From contig NW_027270975.1 of assembly GCF_040938485.1 (NCBI RefSeq), forward strand, positions 1,116,001 to 1,180,000: DNA of 64,000 nucleotides. Reading direction: 5' to 3'. The stretch is from Diadema antillarum. Taxonomy: Eukaryota. Shown here piece after piece: positions 12,383 to 25,110 of the stretch (positions within the stretch are counted from its first letter, which is position 1; each line of letters starts with the position of its first letter). Under the pieces are notes generated by a model, which saw nothing but the letters and a program-made list of their open reading frames with translations, did no database searches and was not told the DNA's origin. Made by a program: the position numbers and the translations under genes.

Positions 12383-14277
12383 GGATAGATGAATGGGGTG
12401 GGGCTAAACTATTAAAGAGGCTACTTACTGATCGTGCCTCATTGAGTATTGGAGTGAAAGACCTGATGACTTCAAGCAAATTTACAGGTGCCTGGGTGCC
12501 AGCCAAACAAATCTGAATGTCATTGTGAATGGAGAGTGCTGAAAGAGTGCATTGGAGGCGGGGCATTGTGGCGGTCAGTGTTGGGAACGTGATTTTGCGG
12601 ACATGCCGGAGACTTGACATCTCTGTCTCTGTTTGGACATCACTGGTAGTGGTGTAGATATATAGGCCTGTGTCAAGGATTTCATTGCAAGCTGAATGTT
12701 TTCACTGGGACAGCAGACTCTGATGCCAAGTGTATGAATTAGGGCTTGTTAATTTCCCATCACTGAGTTTCGTGGATATGTGTACACCTTGTGTTTGGAC
12801 TGACCAATATCTGGTGAGAAGGTAGTTTCCTAGGTTTAGAAAATATTGATGCAGGAGAGGAGTTGGGTCACTTTGGAGGCCGTGCTTGTAATTTGTGAAT
12901 TATCTTGATGGAAGTGCAATGCAATCACAAGAAGTTCAGCATTTTGCATATATTTTTATGTTCTGTGATTCAGCTTTAAGCAAGGGGAGTATTTTTAGGA
13001 TGGAAGTACAGCTAAACTAATATTGATATTTAGCACATCATGACTTGCCTTTCCGTGCCTCCTAACCACAAACCTTACAAATTCTCTCATGTCTTCCCAG
13101 CTACCAGTACCAATTCTGAGATTGTACAATATTGTTAGTGCTGAGTGCTTTGTCATCCATATGCATGTGATTCATATTGGGACAATTAAAAGCTACAAGC
13201 TATGACAATTTTTCTAAGTTTTTTATTCTGTATTAGTGATACCATAGCTGTACATACATCTATCTCTTATCCACAGTTTCTTTTCTCTTTTACCTTACTG
13301 TCTTGAAGCTCCAGTAAGTGACAGGAACATAAAGGAGAGTAAGTTCCTTATATAGCTCATTATTGACAGTGGTTTGAGCTCCATGTCAACATTTAGCCTC
13401 AGTTTTGGCAAATGTAAAAAGCTTTGAATTATATATTTTTTGTTGTTGCATTTGTTGATTTTGTGTTTCTCTGCCCCATGATAGCACCTTGCATTGTCCA
13501 AATCATCAATGGGCTTGCATCTCTTGTGGACTGTGTGAATATTGCCGAAGCTGTGAGAAGCAATATAAGGCTTCAGTGCGTGTATTTCACAATGCTGTGT
13601 AAACATCAAAATACAGTGTCATCAGAGAATACACACCCAGCTGCATAGTGCTGCAACTATGATGAAGTTGTGGAGGAGGTGTTGAGAGTGTGTTGAGGAT
13701 TTGTGGCAGCTGTTATAGAATCTCACGGTGTAATAAGTCTATGAGATTTGAGAAGTCTCCCTTCAAAGAACTGATGATAGGCAGCGAGGTTATGTTCTAT
13801 TGAAGGTTAGGATGTACTCTTTGGATATCAACATAGAGTCTTGTCTGGTCTATTTCCTTCTCGTTTGAAAAAACTAGTTGACAATACTATTTAGGACTTC
13901 TTCTTTTTTTTGTAATTTATCTCTCAAAATGTTTTTTTTTTAAGTAGATGTATAATATGTTTTATATTTGAAGGGTTTAGCTCTGTGTGCATGTGTTTTG
14001 TGTATATTATATTTCTTTCTATTGATAGGTATTTGACTAAGCCAGCTTTTTTTCTTGTAAGGTTATTTCATTTTCTGTTGTACATATATAAAATTTAGGC
14101 CTATAGCAAGGGCTACAAGCAGAACAACCAATCTGGTAAATCTAATACAAATTATAGATTATATGAACCTCACATTATTCTGTGTGTGCTGTGCTCAATA
14201 TATTGGACTCATTTACTTTGATAGTTTGCCATGTTTTCAGTGTGGTGAATGCATGGCATCTTGAGTACCTTTGCATA

Positions 14278-14634
14278 AAATTCACTTTTGTTGCATAATA
14301 AAAGAGCACTTGACTAACTGCTTTCAGAAAGCAGGGGGAATAATTGCTACCCTTATAGCATAATGCAGGATCAAGTTGATGGAATGTGTAATTTTCATGA
14401 AAAATGAATTTTTGTGGAATTCCCTTTATATTTTCTTTATATTGTTGTCCACACATACGTCATAACCTCTAGTAGTCTCCTCATCCAGCAGTTCCAACAC
14501 CAAAACTTTAAGAATTTATAACTTTTGCAGTGATTGTCTGATTTTCCTCAAACTTTCACTGATATGTTCTACTATACTAATGTTGCTGCTTTCACTCAAT
14601 CCAATCCACATTGCTCTTTGGGTTTGGGTTCTCT
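14278..14634 (-). mobile_element. Kolobok-like foldback element family A, partial (one arm missing)
   Basis: Central spacer is the reverse complement of that in 50972-51529 (TAAGGGTAGCAATTATTCCCCCTGCTTTCTGAAAG). One complete arm ends ...CT|TTAA at 14634-14638. Confidence 0.85.
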
Positions 14635-15402
14635 TTAAGGTCCATTTTCTTACATCGCACTCGGCATGTACGCACAGGGATAGATGTTTCAGCAAAGGAG
14701 CAATACCTGACCAAAGTTTTAGGAATTTGATGTGCTCTTTATCAATTCATGATAATCTCAGATTAATGTGATACTCTTGAATTTGTTGCATTTGGCACTG
14801 GAAAAAAACCAAACAAACAAAATACCTTCCAACACCCTGCATGAAGCTGATCTAGTCACAGAATATTGGGGTTAAAATTACTATGGTTATGTTTTTTTGT
14901 GGAGACTGGTGCTATATCATTCTAAACCTCCCTTTAAAAAAAGTTATTAATTTGACAAAAGTTTGATTATGTGAGAAAAAAGATACCATTGTTTCACAAC
15001 CTGGTCTATTTATAGTGTGAACCTGACCTGCTTCTCATTCCTGAAATGTAGCCTTTTTTTCAGGTGAAAGTATTACACCAATTGTATATTTTTAGGAATT
15101 GACATTTTTGGTGTACTATCTTGTTAGCTTGAAGATAATTGTTGTTCTAAATCGGGTAGTTACCTCATCTGCTTTGCTGTGTCTGTAGTCTCCATAGCTG
15201 TCATTGGAGATTTATGGCAGTATAAGAGCCCAAGAATCATTTCTGTCAAGAAGCACTGGGTGTAGGAACTGGGGAACTATGAATTGTTTCCTTGTTGTCG
15301 TCAAGAAAAAAGGCTGTCTGTCATCACAAGATCACAGATTTTCTTGAAGATAGTCCACATTAGCAGAACTTCCTGTCTTACTTGACACTTTGTGAAAAAC
15401 TC

Positions 15403-16643
15403 TTTTGTTACCCACGCCGATGAAAATCGGCAGGGGGTTATGTAAAGGGTTCCGTATGTTTGTTTGTTTGTTTGTTTGTTTGTTTGTTTGTTTGTTTGTT
15501 TGTGTACAAGATAACAAGAGAACGGGTAAACGGATTTGCACGAAATGTTCAGGGGATGTTTGGATAATGGCAGGAAAGAATCGATTAGATTTTGGTGATA
15601 ATCGGTTGACCCTTGCAAATTCTGTGTGACCTTGAAGTTTTGACCCCATGATATAGTGACCACTCCGAAAATTTCCCGTTTCTCACTTTGCGATTTTCCG
15701 CTACCATACGAACACATAAACTCCCAAACGATCCGACTTCGCTGCTCAAATGTTCGTAAGAATTCCGAAATTTACGTTTAGGCCTATTTGAGGGACTATG
15801 TCCTTCTAGATTTATGAAAGTTCGTTCTCCGTCGTCACAAACTGGCCCGTATTTTGATGGTTTTTCAAATTAACATTGATTGTTTTTTTCGTTGGAGGAG
15901 CATTTGCTCGGTCAGTTACACTGCACGATATGCGCGCTCAATGTCAATGCGTGTGCAAGGCCGCTGAAAATGCATCGCGCTGTACACTGTTGGTGCAAAA
16001 TTGCATCGGCGACGTTGCGGCGCTCGTTGGTGACCGAATACTGGTGCAGTAGACATTTGCATTCAACCGTTGCATTGAATAATTTCCGTAGACACTAATC
16101 ATAGGGGTAATTGCCTAGGGAGTACGTAAAATTCTGTTTTTCTTTTGCGCTTTTGTGGATACCATCAAAGATCGTACACTCATACGACCTTTGATATCAT
16201 CACACTCTCGGCTTGCTATGAGCAAAATATCCCGCAAGAAAACGGCGTATTTCTCGATTTTTAGCGCTTTTTCGGCGACCCGTCGCGTACAATACTCTTA
16301 AAACTGGACTTAATTCGCGCACGCTTGGAAAAGTTCTGATTCTGCACTTTTGACGGTGGTATTTGGGATTTTCGATGGATTTTTGGAGGAGACTAAAGGA
16401 CTACGTCCTGCTGTGAATGAGTGTTACCGTACTATGTAAAATGATGTGATTTGCGTGTGATGTGACTGTAGACCCAAAGATCGTACACTTCAGTGTACGA
16501 TCTTTGGTAGAACTCACTGGCTGGTGATAAAGCACACTGGCAATTAAGTGACCGAATTCTGGTAGATGACCGAATGCACATTATGTTTACCCCGACTTTG
16601 TACAAGGCGTGGGTCTGCCGCCTTTGACGGCCCCTCTCTAGTT
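15403..16643 (+). mobile_element. Helentron-associated interspersed element (HINE/DINE-1-like), full length
   Basis: 5' subTIR ACCCACGCC (15410) and 3' subTIR GGCGTGGGT (16606); (TTTG)n microsatellite at ~15458-15501; 3' stem-loop GCCG..CGGC (16617-16631); CTAG at 16638 followed by a T-run. Confidence 0.8.
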
Positions 16644-17916
16644 TTTATTTTTGATTGTTTTATGCTCAATGTTTCTAGCTGCTACTGTGACAGAGCAGCT
16701 TATTTTACTGCAGTTGTCCTTTTTATATTTGTTTTCTGTCTCAATGGTCTTTGCATGTAGTATATTTTTTTATTTGTATTTAAGACACTTTGGGACTCTG
16801 TTTTGTTTTCTTTTAAATATCTTTTTTGTTTGATTTATTCATAAACTTTACTTTGATCATCATTTGTTTTGCCATCATTATATCTTTTAGTCTTTCACAT
16901 TTTTCTGTGTAATTACGAATCAAATTTGTATTATTTTCTTCTGCATTTATACATGCACTGTCAGCTGAAATCAACCCCCTCCAAAGCTCCAGGGTGTCTT
17001 GTAGAAAATTATTTACCCTTCCATGAAAAAAAAAGGTTGGGTCTAACATGGTTGAACTGCATGATATCCCAAATTGTGAGTCATGTGTAGGTAGGTAACT
17101 ACTGTCTGACATTAGAGACACCCGCCAGTTGTAGAGTCTGTCCCCCAGTAACCTCTTGACTAGTCACACCCATTTCCTCTATGTTCCTCTACTCCTTCAA
17201 TTCCTTCAGATGTCTCCAACCTACCTAAGTAATTCTCAACTCACCATCTTTTCATGTCATAGTGTTGATGTGACCCCAAAAGAGCCTTAGATATTACTCT
17301 CTCTTGATGGACATTGTACATACTTATGACCCTTATTGGTAAAGATAGAATGCTTGGTTTCTTGACTAAAATGGAATTCCTCTACATGTTAATTCAAAGA
17401 AACAGCACACCAGAATGTTTAATTGAAATCAGAAAGAAGATTTAAAGAAAATGATGAAATGTTAAAGCTATTGTCTATGTACATTGATTAAGTGTTGTTC
17501 AAATACCTCGCCTTGTAAAGAGGCCATTGAAGGCACATGTGATTTCTGGGGACTGGTAAACCATTTCAGTTCTCCTTGGCTGTTATCTCCAGCAATCCAG
17601 CAATGGCAGCTGCTGCTCACAGATTATGAGAAAAGTAGCTGAAACACGAATGTTTTATCATTGTCATTGAAAGAGGGGATGTGAACATCTCTTTGACCTG
17701 TAGTCTGACATGGAGTATCAAATTCAAGGAGAGACAGGAAGCAATCTACACAGTCTGACTCACTGCTTTCCCTCTCTGTCTGACTTCTGGGTCAATGGCC
17801 CCATAGCAATCAACATGGGGAATATTAGGAGTGGGAAGGAGGAGGAGGAGGAGGAGGAGGAGGAGAGAGTGAGAGGAAGGCATTTTTATTACACCTCCTC
17901 ATTTCCCTTCACTCTA

Positions 17917-17930
17917 GTGGTCATGGTAAC
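17917..17930. promoter_or_regulatory. RFX X-box-like motif (1 mismatch)
   Basis: GTGGTCATGGTAAC. Confidence 0.35.
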
Positions 17931-18035
17931 AGGACTGTGTACCATTCCTACATTCATTGCACAAGAAATGTAGACACAGAAAATGATCTTTCAAAAGATG
18001 GGAAAAAAGAGTCACGCAACATTTTCTTTTTCTTG

Positions 18036-18049
18036 GTTGTCATAGTAAC
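18036..18049. promoter_or_regulatory. RFX X-box motif
   Basis: GTTGTCATAGTAAC fits GTHNYY-AT-RRNAAC exactly. Confidence 0.45.
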
Positions 18050-18226
18050 ATGACTATGCTACAGTTTGCATTCATAAGATGGATAGTAAGGATATTCATA
18101 ATCAAATACATTTGACCAAGCCAGAAGAGTGATTGATATCAAACAACAGAGTGATGGAGTGGACAAGTAAAAAATGAGAAACCAAAAATTTGTTACAAGT
18201 ATAAAAGAGACTGACTTATTGCTTAA

Positions 18227-18311
18227 CCCATTGAGGATAGTTTGATTTTGCTACAACACGCATTTCCCATAGACACCTGCCCAAGTATACTTGGGACTCA
18301 TCCTTAATGGG
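18227..18311. mobile_element. 85-bp piggyBac-like MITE, copy 2
   Basis: TTAA|CCCATTGAGGAT ... ATCCTTAATGGG|TTAA; internal perfect palindrome CCCAAGTATACTTGGG at 18280-18295. Confidence 0.85.
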
Positions 18312-19784
18312 TTAAAGAGGAGCTGACAAATGATGAGACCAAATGATGGATTAAGCACTCAGAGATCATGTGTGACAAGACTTAATTTGCATGATGAAAT
18401 TAGTAATAGAAAAATGTTATTAAAATCTTTATGAGAAGGGAAATAAAACACAAAAACATTAAATGATTGAACCTGTATCTACATATACTGATGTCATCAA
18501 GGAGCATGGTACAAATTAATCAGTGAATTCAAATAGGAACTATGTAATGACATGATCAAAAAAAAAAAAATGACCAGCAGCAGCTCATCATGTAACTTGA
18601 ACCTGGTCTATTCTGAAAAAACAAAAATCTTGGGAATGAGAACAAATTTGTCACATCCAGGGTGGTCCCATCTATTCTATCAGACCTCATTAGTCATGTA
18701 CATACTTGTGATCTGACAGGGTGCATGTGTATTATCAATGCCAACAGAGAAATATGGACATTGTCATCCCTGGTTATCACATCACAAAACTCATACTCTC
18801 ACCTGACTTAGAGATGCACTCCTTCCCTCATTCATACTCTCACTTCATCTTGATTTGCTCTCTGTCTATTCTCTAATTTTGATAAAATAGACATAGATTT
18901 AGGTGTTTGTGATTGAAATAAAAGTTGGGTGTTGAGTCAAATTGGCATAGTTTTTACTCAAGGGTTCTTCTGTATTTTCTTATATCTCTGCCCCCCCCCC
19001 CAAAAAAAAGAAGCTCTCATTAGCTCTCCGTGGTGCATAGTGTGATTTACTCTGTAACCCTCTAGCGTAGACAGATACCATTCAGCTGAAAAGATCCCCT
19101 CGTGTCCCATTTCTCCTCATATTTTGCAGTGATCTCAAACTTTCTGCAAAGGTTGTGTCACTGCAACTAGGATATCAGCTCCAAATATACCTTCTGGGAC
19201 TCCCACAGTTAGACTTGAAACATCCCCAACCCCAGAGGCAGGCCAGCTGTGTGTAGGCGTGATCTCAAGCATACTCTCACTATTTCCTCTAGCTCTCTTT
19301 TCATATCTGGGCAAGTTTGTCCCACGTGCGGGAACGTATTTCGAAGCTTTGTGTGAAACTTTGCACTGTGCTCTTTGTGTTCCGTACTGCCGACTGCAGG
19401 ATTTCATTTTTTTCTTATCCCCTCCTCTGAAAGCTTTAAACTCTGGAGTGGAATTTGCCTAACAGCGAGTGCAAGGTACATCCCAAGTGGAAGTTGAATT
19501 TAGTGGATAAATCCACAAGAGTGTCCCAGAACACAGTGGTGACTTGTATTGTTATTAATGTTATTTGATATTTCTTGGAAAGCTTCCATGTTGCCAGTGG
19601 AATGTTTACCTGGTGCTCTAAACATTTCCCTGAAGTAGTTCACATGTGGATGTTTAAGGAGCCCCCTGTTCTTCCAGCATGTTTGAATTGAGCATGGAGA
19701 GAGTTTCGGGTCAGTTCACCTTGACACAGCATTGTATCACAGGCAATGGATTATCAGTCTGAGGACGTGCAAGGCTTCTCTGCT

Positions 19785-19798
19785 GTTACCGTAGCAAC
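19785..19798. promoter_or_regulatory. RFX X-box motif
   Basis: GTTACCGTAGCAAC fits GTNRCC-N2-RGYAAC exactly. Confidence 0.45.
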
Positions 19799-20698
19799 TG
19801 TTAGTGAGTGAACTTTCACTCCTGGGTTTTTCGAGTTCTGCTGTCGAGTTGTTTTTGTGGATATAGGAGGTTCATATCACATCTTGGATGGATACATCAG
19901 AATATCATTATGTGTGGTCGAGTGTCTGTAGTTAGAATGAGGTTTTGTCTTTTAGATATTAAAGCGTGAGGACACATGTACATTAGATGTAAATGTCACT
20001 TTGTGTTGACAATAATGTATACATTACTGGGGTAGGGGTACGGGCTGTAGTACATAGCTGGTATGGGGGAATTCCCCCTCATGCTATGCTTCAGTGTCTG
20101 TTTGGCTTCTTTCTCCTGAGTATCCCAATCAGATGCATGACATGCATCTGCACACAGTCCTGTCAATTTTCTTATATATAGCTTGATTATCTTTTGGGTT
20201 GCCGTCAAATTTAAGATCAAATTGTTAATATGTGTGATAATAATTTGTAAAGATATTTTCAGCCTGTAGTTATTTCTGTTGAGACTATGGATAGTTCTGT
20301 GATGCAAGTGCTCATCATTCCAACTGAATTTCATTCTAGGATTGAATAAAAGAGAAAGCACTGAGAGCTAGTGTAGTGTATGCAAAGGCTGTAGATTTAA
20401 GTCAGTCTTATTATGAATTTGATAGCAAGATATGAGATACCTCGTGCTTAGATATCTCTTTGTGTTTTGATATCTTCTAGGTATTAACTAGATAGATCAT
20501 GTAAATGTCTAGACAGTGATACCGAAATGAATGATATGATAATCAAAAAATGGATTGCCCTTTTAGCCACTTGGTTGTGCAAGATTCTTTTAGGTCCCTC
20601 ATATTTCCTGACTTACAACCTAAAACCTTTGAGAAGGACAAAAAATAGTCTCTAATGTGCAAGGCCTTATTTTTTTAGTACTTAATAAGATGTTTTAC

Positions 20699-21079
20699 AG
20701 GGACTGTACAGTACTGGTTGAGGTGAGGATTCATGTTTTGAACACTCCTAAGTGAGATAATGACAAACCTCTTATAAAATATGAAAGAGCATGTAATTTT
20801 CAGAAGGATTCAACGTTTATTTGATGAAAATTGGTTTTCAAATGGCTGAGATATCCAAAAAAGTGATAATGATAAAAGGCGACAGAACACGCCTTTTACT
20901 AGGATCTCTTTGTTTACCTTGTTTTTGGATATCTCAGCCATTTCAAAACCGATTTTCATCAAACAAACTTTTGATACCCCTTAATTGCATGCTCTTTGAT
21001 ATCTCATAGAGTGGTTTCTGAATATCTTGCAAAACGTTAAAAGCTAAATCCTCACCTCAACCAGAACTGTACACACCCT
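20699..21079. mobile_element. Kolobok-like foldback element family B, copy 1
   Basis: TTAC|AGGGACTGTACAGTACTGGTTGAGGTGAGG ... CCTCACCTCAACCAGAACTGTACACACCCT|TTAA (left TSD mutated). Inner inverted repeat AAATGGCTGAGATATCC / GGATATCTCAGCCATTT is shared with 48237-48615. Confidence 0.85.
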
Positions 21080-21229
21080 TTAACAGAAAAAAAAAAAAAG
21101 ATAAATAAGGGAGTGGAAGGGAGTAGAAGGTTATATTTTTTTGGTGTTTTAGATGGTTGAAACTTAATGGAGGCTACATCCATCTCACTCCAGTTGTCAA
21201 GAACACCATCTTCTCCTCTGTGGAAACAG

Positions 21230-21243
21230 GTTGCCATGGTGAC
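21230..21243. promoter_or_regulatory. RFX X-box motif (canonical)
   Basis: GTTGCCATGGTGAC; the reverse complement GTCACCATGGCAAC is a perfect X-box. Confidence 0.5.
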
Positions 21244-21607
21244 ATAAGCTGCCTTTGTTTACACTTGTCATCAGTCACTAGAAGAGGAGTGTAAATTTGA
21301 GAGGGAGAAGAAGGGAAAAGGCAGGTTGCAAATTAAACCACTATTTGGGCAGTCTGCTGATCAATTCATTATAGAATGTTAAATGGTCTGCTTAAGTAAT
21401 AAAAAAACTCTAGCATTTCACTCGTCTGGATAAATACTGAAAGAAATGTTGCCGTCCTACTTTATTACAACATTCAATTCCTTTATGGCTGTTTCAGGAA
21501 TAGCACATACATTTAAAACATATCTTATAAGACACATAGAAATTCCACATCCTCATAGATTCCAATCATGTTGGTCCTTTGTTTACTAATTATTATGAGG
21601 AGCATTA

Positions 21608-21670
21608 ATGAGAAGATCTTTAAGTTTGCTTGCTTCAACATCACAAAATTTCCATAGAATACTTTTCAAG
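21608..21670 (+). CDS. Candidate first coding exon, MRRSLSLLASTSQNFHRILFK, phase-0 donor
   Basis: ATG at 21608, 21 open codons, consensus donor AAG|GTGAGT at 21671; canonical X-box ~365 bp upstream. No homology recognised. Confidence 0.35.
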
Positions 21671-24600
21671 GTGAGTTACTAATGACAGGTGTTTAAAGAG
21701 GTACATGTATATAAGGCTGCCACTTTGCTACCATTTGCCTCGGACTGTTGCCAAAATAGGTATATACCTATATTATCCAAATTATGCACATGTGGGACTA
21801 TGTCTCCCAATTGGTCAAATATCTTTCTCTTTTTTTTTTTTGATGTGACAAAACCTCAGAATTTATCCCCAATATTGTAAGTTTTAACTGATATTCAATA
21901 TAAACTTAATTATGTATAAGTAACCTTAAAACAGTTTTTGTTTAGATGATATTACATGATAACATTCAGAGAAATGTCAAAGGCTGTGGATTTTGAAATC
22001 AGCAGTGAACAGTGATCAGCAAACAATTGGGGAACTATGTTCCCACCAATGAATAAAATTGTGTCTCGTAGCTTCCATTGCATGTGCATGGTGAGACATC
22101 AGGAGGATAGGGATGGAGGAGTGCTTGTTTACCTTCACATTAGCTCCATGAGATGCAGACCTATTACCTGGTAGGAGTCTATTCTTGTCTCCATGTAGAT
22201 GGAGATTTCAAGGTCTAGCCCTGCTTTGTCCAATCATACACAGTTCATCATCACCAGCATGAGACGAGATCATCTGTGCAATCCTCCTCTAAAAGCCTTG
22301 TGAGTAATGTTAGAAACTCCTCAGCAAGGCATCACCCAGTTCTCTCCCGCCCCCATCCCTGCTCCAAACATCACTTAGGTTCAGTAATCCTAGGAGTAAA
22401 CACAGAGACCTCCTGGCAATTAGAGATGCATTCTCTTTGATTCTCATAGAGAAATATACATCTTGCCAAGTCAGTGATGATTGGCCAGCTTTCTCTCGTG
22501 ATCAGGATCCAATCATTGAAATTTATTTCTTCATTGTCACAGAATTTGTCTTGCTTAGGGCCTATATCAGCTCCTCTAGTTCTTTCTTTCAATTGTCCAT
22601 CAGTATTTTTTTTTTACTTTCTTCTGCATCTCATCAAATGAGAAGTGTAAAAGCACCAAGACTGAACAACTGTATGGAGTGAATGTCCTTTGGCTTTTTT
22701 TACTAACAATGTTGGCTAGGTTCATCTAATCTTTGTCCATGAAATACCGTCATTGTGTTGTTCTCTTAATCTTTGAAATCTAATTACTGTTCAGAAAAAG
22801 TAGAAATCATTTAAATATTGTCAGAACTGTGCTCTCGTTATCACTGCTCAAAGTTGGATTTAACTGAATTTGTAGCTCCCTGAATACAGTATGGATGTTC
22901 TATGTCACCTATATGTACCAAAAGGTCAAAATTTCAGCAGCTAGAGGTGAATATTGTTGGTAGTCTTCATACAGACAGACATTATTTCTACACTGAAAAA
23001 AAGAAGAAGATAGAATATAGGGATATGTTACAGTTTCTGCCAATCTCATGTCTCTCGCCCTTTCACTATCTTGATGTATGCATCAAATAGTCTTTGCCTC
23101 CAGGCATTTTATCCATCAATACTAAACTTGCATTGTGCCAAGGCAATGAATATATCCTACAGTAATTTTACTACAAAGTGAGCAAGTAGTGTAATACCAT
23201 GTTATCTCATAAAGAATACAGGTACATTTGTACTATGTATTCCTGTGTAGGTTTGTAACACCTCAGATCTGGAGTTAAGGCTATATCTTTCCAGTCCATT
23301 CTGAATTACTCCTGCCTGCCCATCCCTCTGTTTCATTAAGGAGTGACCTTCCTCTTTTCACCTTTCTTTCCATCATAGAGCCATCCTCACACTGGTATTG
23401 GGAGGAAGTGGCATCTATTGTCTAGTTTGTGAGCTGCATGCACAAGCACTTGACTCTGTATGAGAATGAAGGAAATGTATGGCTAGTCTTGAAAAAGTCT
23501 TGGGCTCTCTTTGTATTGTCACTGTTTATAGCAATATTAACGCTGCAGCACATTGATGCTATATACATTATAAACTAGATTTTATGGTTTGCTCCTAACA
23601 GTTTCTATTGTCCTACTGAATCAATATTAATGAAAATATAAATGAGAACCTGTTTGTGATACTAATAATGCTTTCAAGTACTGGACTTTTGAGTTACTGA
23701 ACTATACTTTGTAATGAGTTTTTAAGAACACAAGATATGATTATATCATGAAGGTATTAAGGTGAGATTGTTCATACATACTGCCTTTACATGCATATTA
23801 AGACAAACCATTTACATTTCTTGGACTATGGAATGGTTTCTTATTTGAGGGATTATATTGATAGATGAACTATATTCATTGTATATTACAGATTCACATG
23901 TCTGTGTGTGTCAGTGTGTTTCACATTTTGTTCGTCTGGACAATTTTTGACAAATTTGCATCAAAATCAAGCATTTGCTTGCTTTGCATATTTTCTGCAA
24001 ATGACTTTGGATCTTCATTGCACAGTTGTGTATTTTGACTACGGTGCCTGCCTAGTCTATTCAGCCTTGTCCCATGGATCAGCTTGGATACTGCTCTCGT
24101 TTCCTCCAGTGGATTTAGTCATTCCCAAGCTGTGCTCAAGCATCTGTTTCTAAGGGAAATTTGCCTTCAGAAGGAGATTGTGTATTTATCAGTAGTAATC
24201 ACCCCCAAACTATTATATTTATTGTGGATACATCTATGCTCACACTGTAACATTGACCTGTCAAGAAATGGTATTTGTGATGAAGGGTATTTTAGAGCAC
24301 TTTGTATAGGATAATTCCAACCAATCTCCTGTCACGTTTTGCAAAAATTTGAAAGCAAATCAAACCAAGAAGTTAAATCTTTGCTGTATATTGGGAGTGC
24401 AATATTTCATTGTGTTTATGACTGTTGTGAAATACTGAGTAGCAAGAGTATGTTGCCATTTGTAATTTCTGTTTTCAAGCATTGATTATAAAACTCGACG
24501 GCAATTGTCTGGTACAAACTGAAACAATTCTGTGTGATTTGAAGTGGAACCTTTTCTGAATACCCCAAATCCCCAATCCTCAAGCTTATATTAAGACCAG

Positions 24601-24881
24601 GTTATCATTCTAAATGAATCAAACTCAATCTAAGGATGTGTGTAGTATAAGTGTTAATATATGGCTAAGAATGATTGATACGGATCATATGTGATTCATC
24701 AAAGTCAACTTGATTATCTTCTTGGATAAAATTTGTCAGAATATATAGGGATTGAGTTTAAGAAAGGGGAACATGGTGTATTTAATCTACACAGAAAACA
24801 AGTGGTAGAGGAGAAAAAAAAATGTATTCAAGATTTGCCAAGTTTGAAAAATAAATAAAACAAATAGCATTATTTCATAAG

Positions 24882-25110
24882 TCAATTCAATTCAATTTCA
24901 ATTTTTATTTCATTTTTTGACAAAAACATATAGACATGAATTTTTTTGGTTACAGAATAGACAATACCAAAGTGAGGAATAAAGAATTAGGAAAATATTA
25001 TGTAGTTATGCAAAATTGTTATATCAACAAGTTTGCATTTCAGAATAAAAACCAGTCTTATGGGCTCATCATATCCAGATTACAACCCAGTCTTCAGATC
25101 AGATACATTG
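24882..25110 (-). mobile_element. Probable LINE 3' end remnant with (TTGAA)n tail
   Basis: On the minus strand, AATAAA (24909-24904) is followed by TTGAAATTGAATTGAATTGA and preceded by a T-rich UTR-like tract. Confidence 0.4.

Noticed and set aside
12285-12960. Minus-strand coding-looking patch (DTGLYIYTTTS...EARSVS)
   Set aside because: Frames are fragmented by stops, no convincing splice sites, and no family recognised (the Ig-like DxGxYxC motif lacks its Cys).
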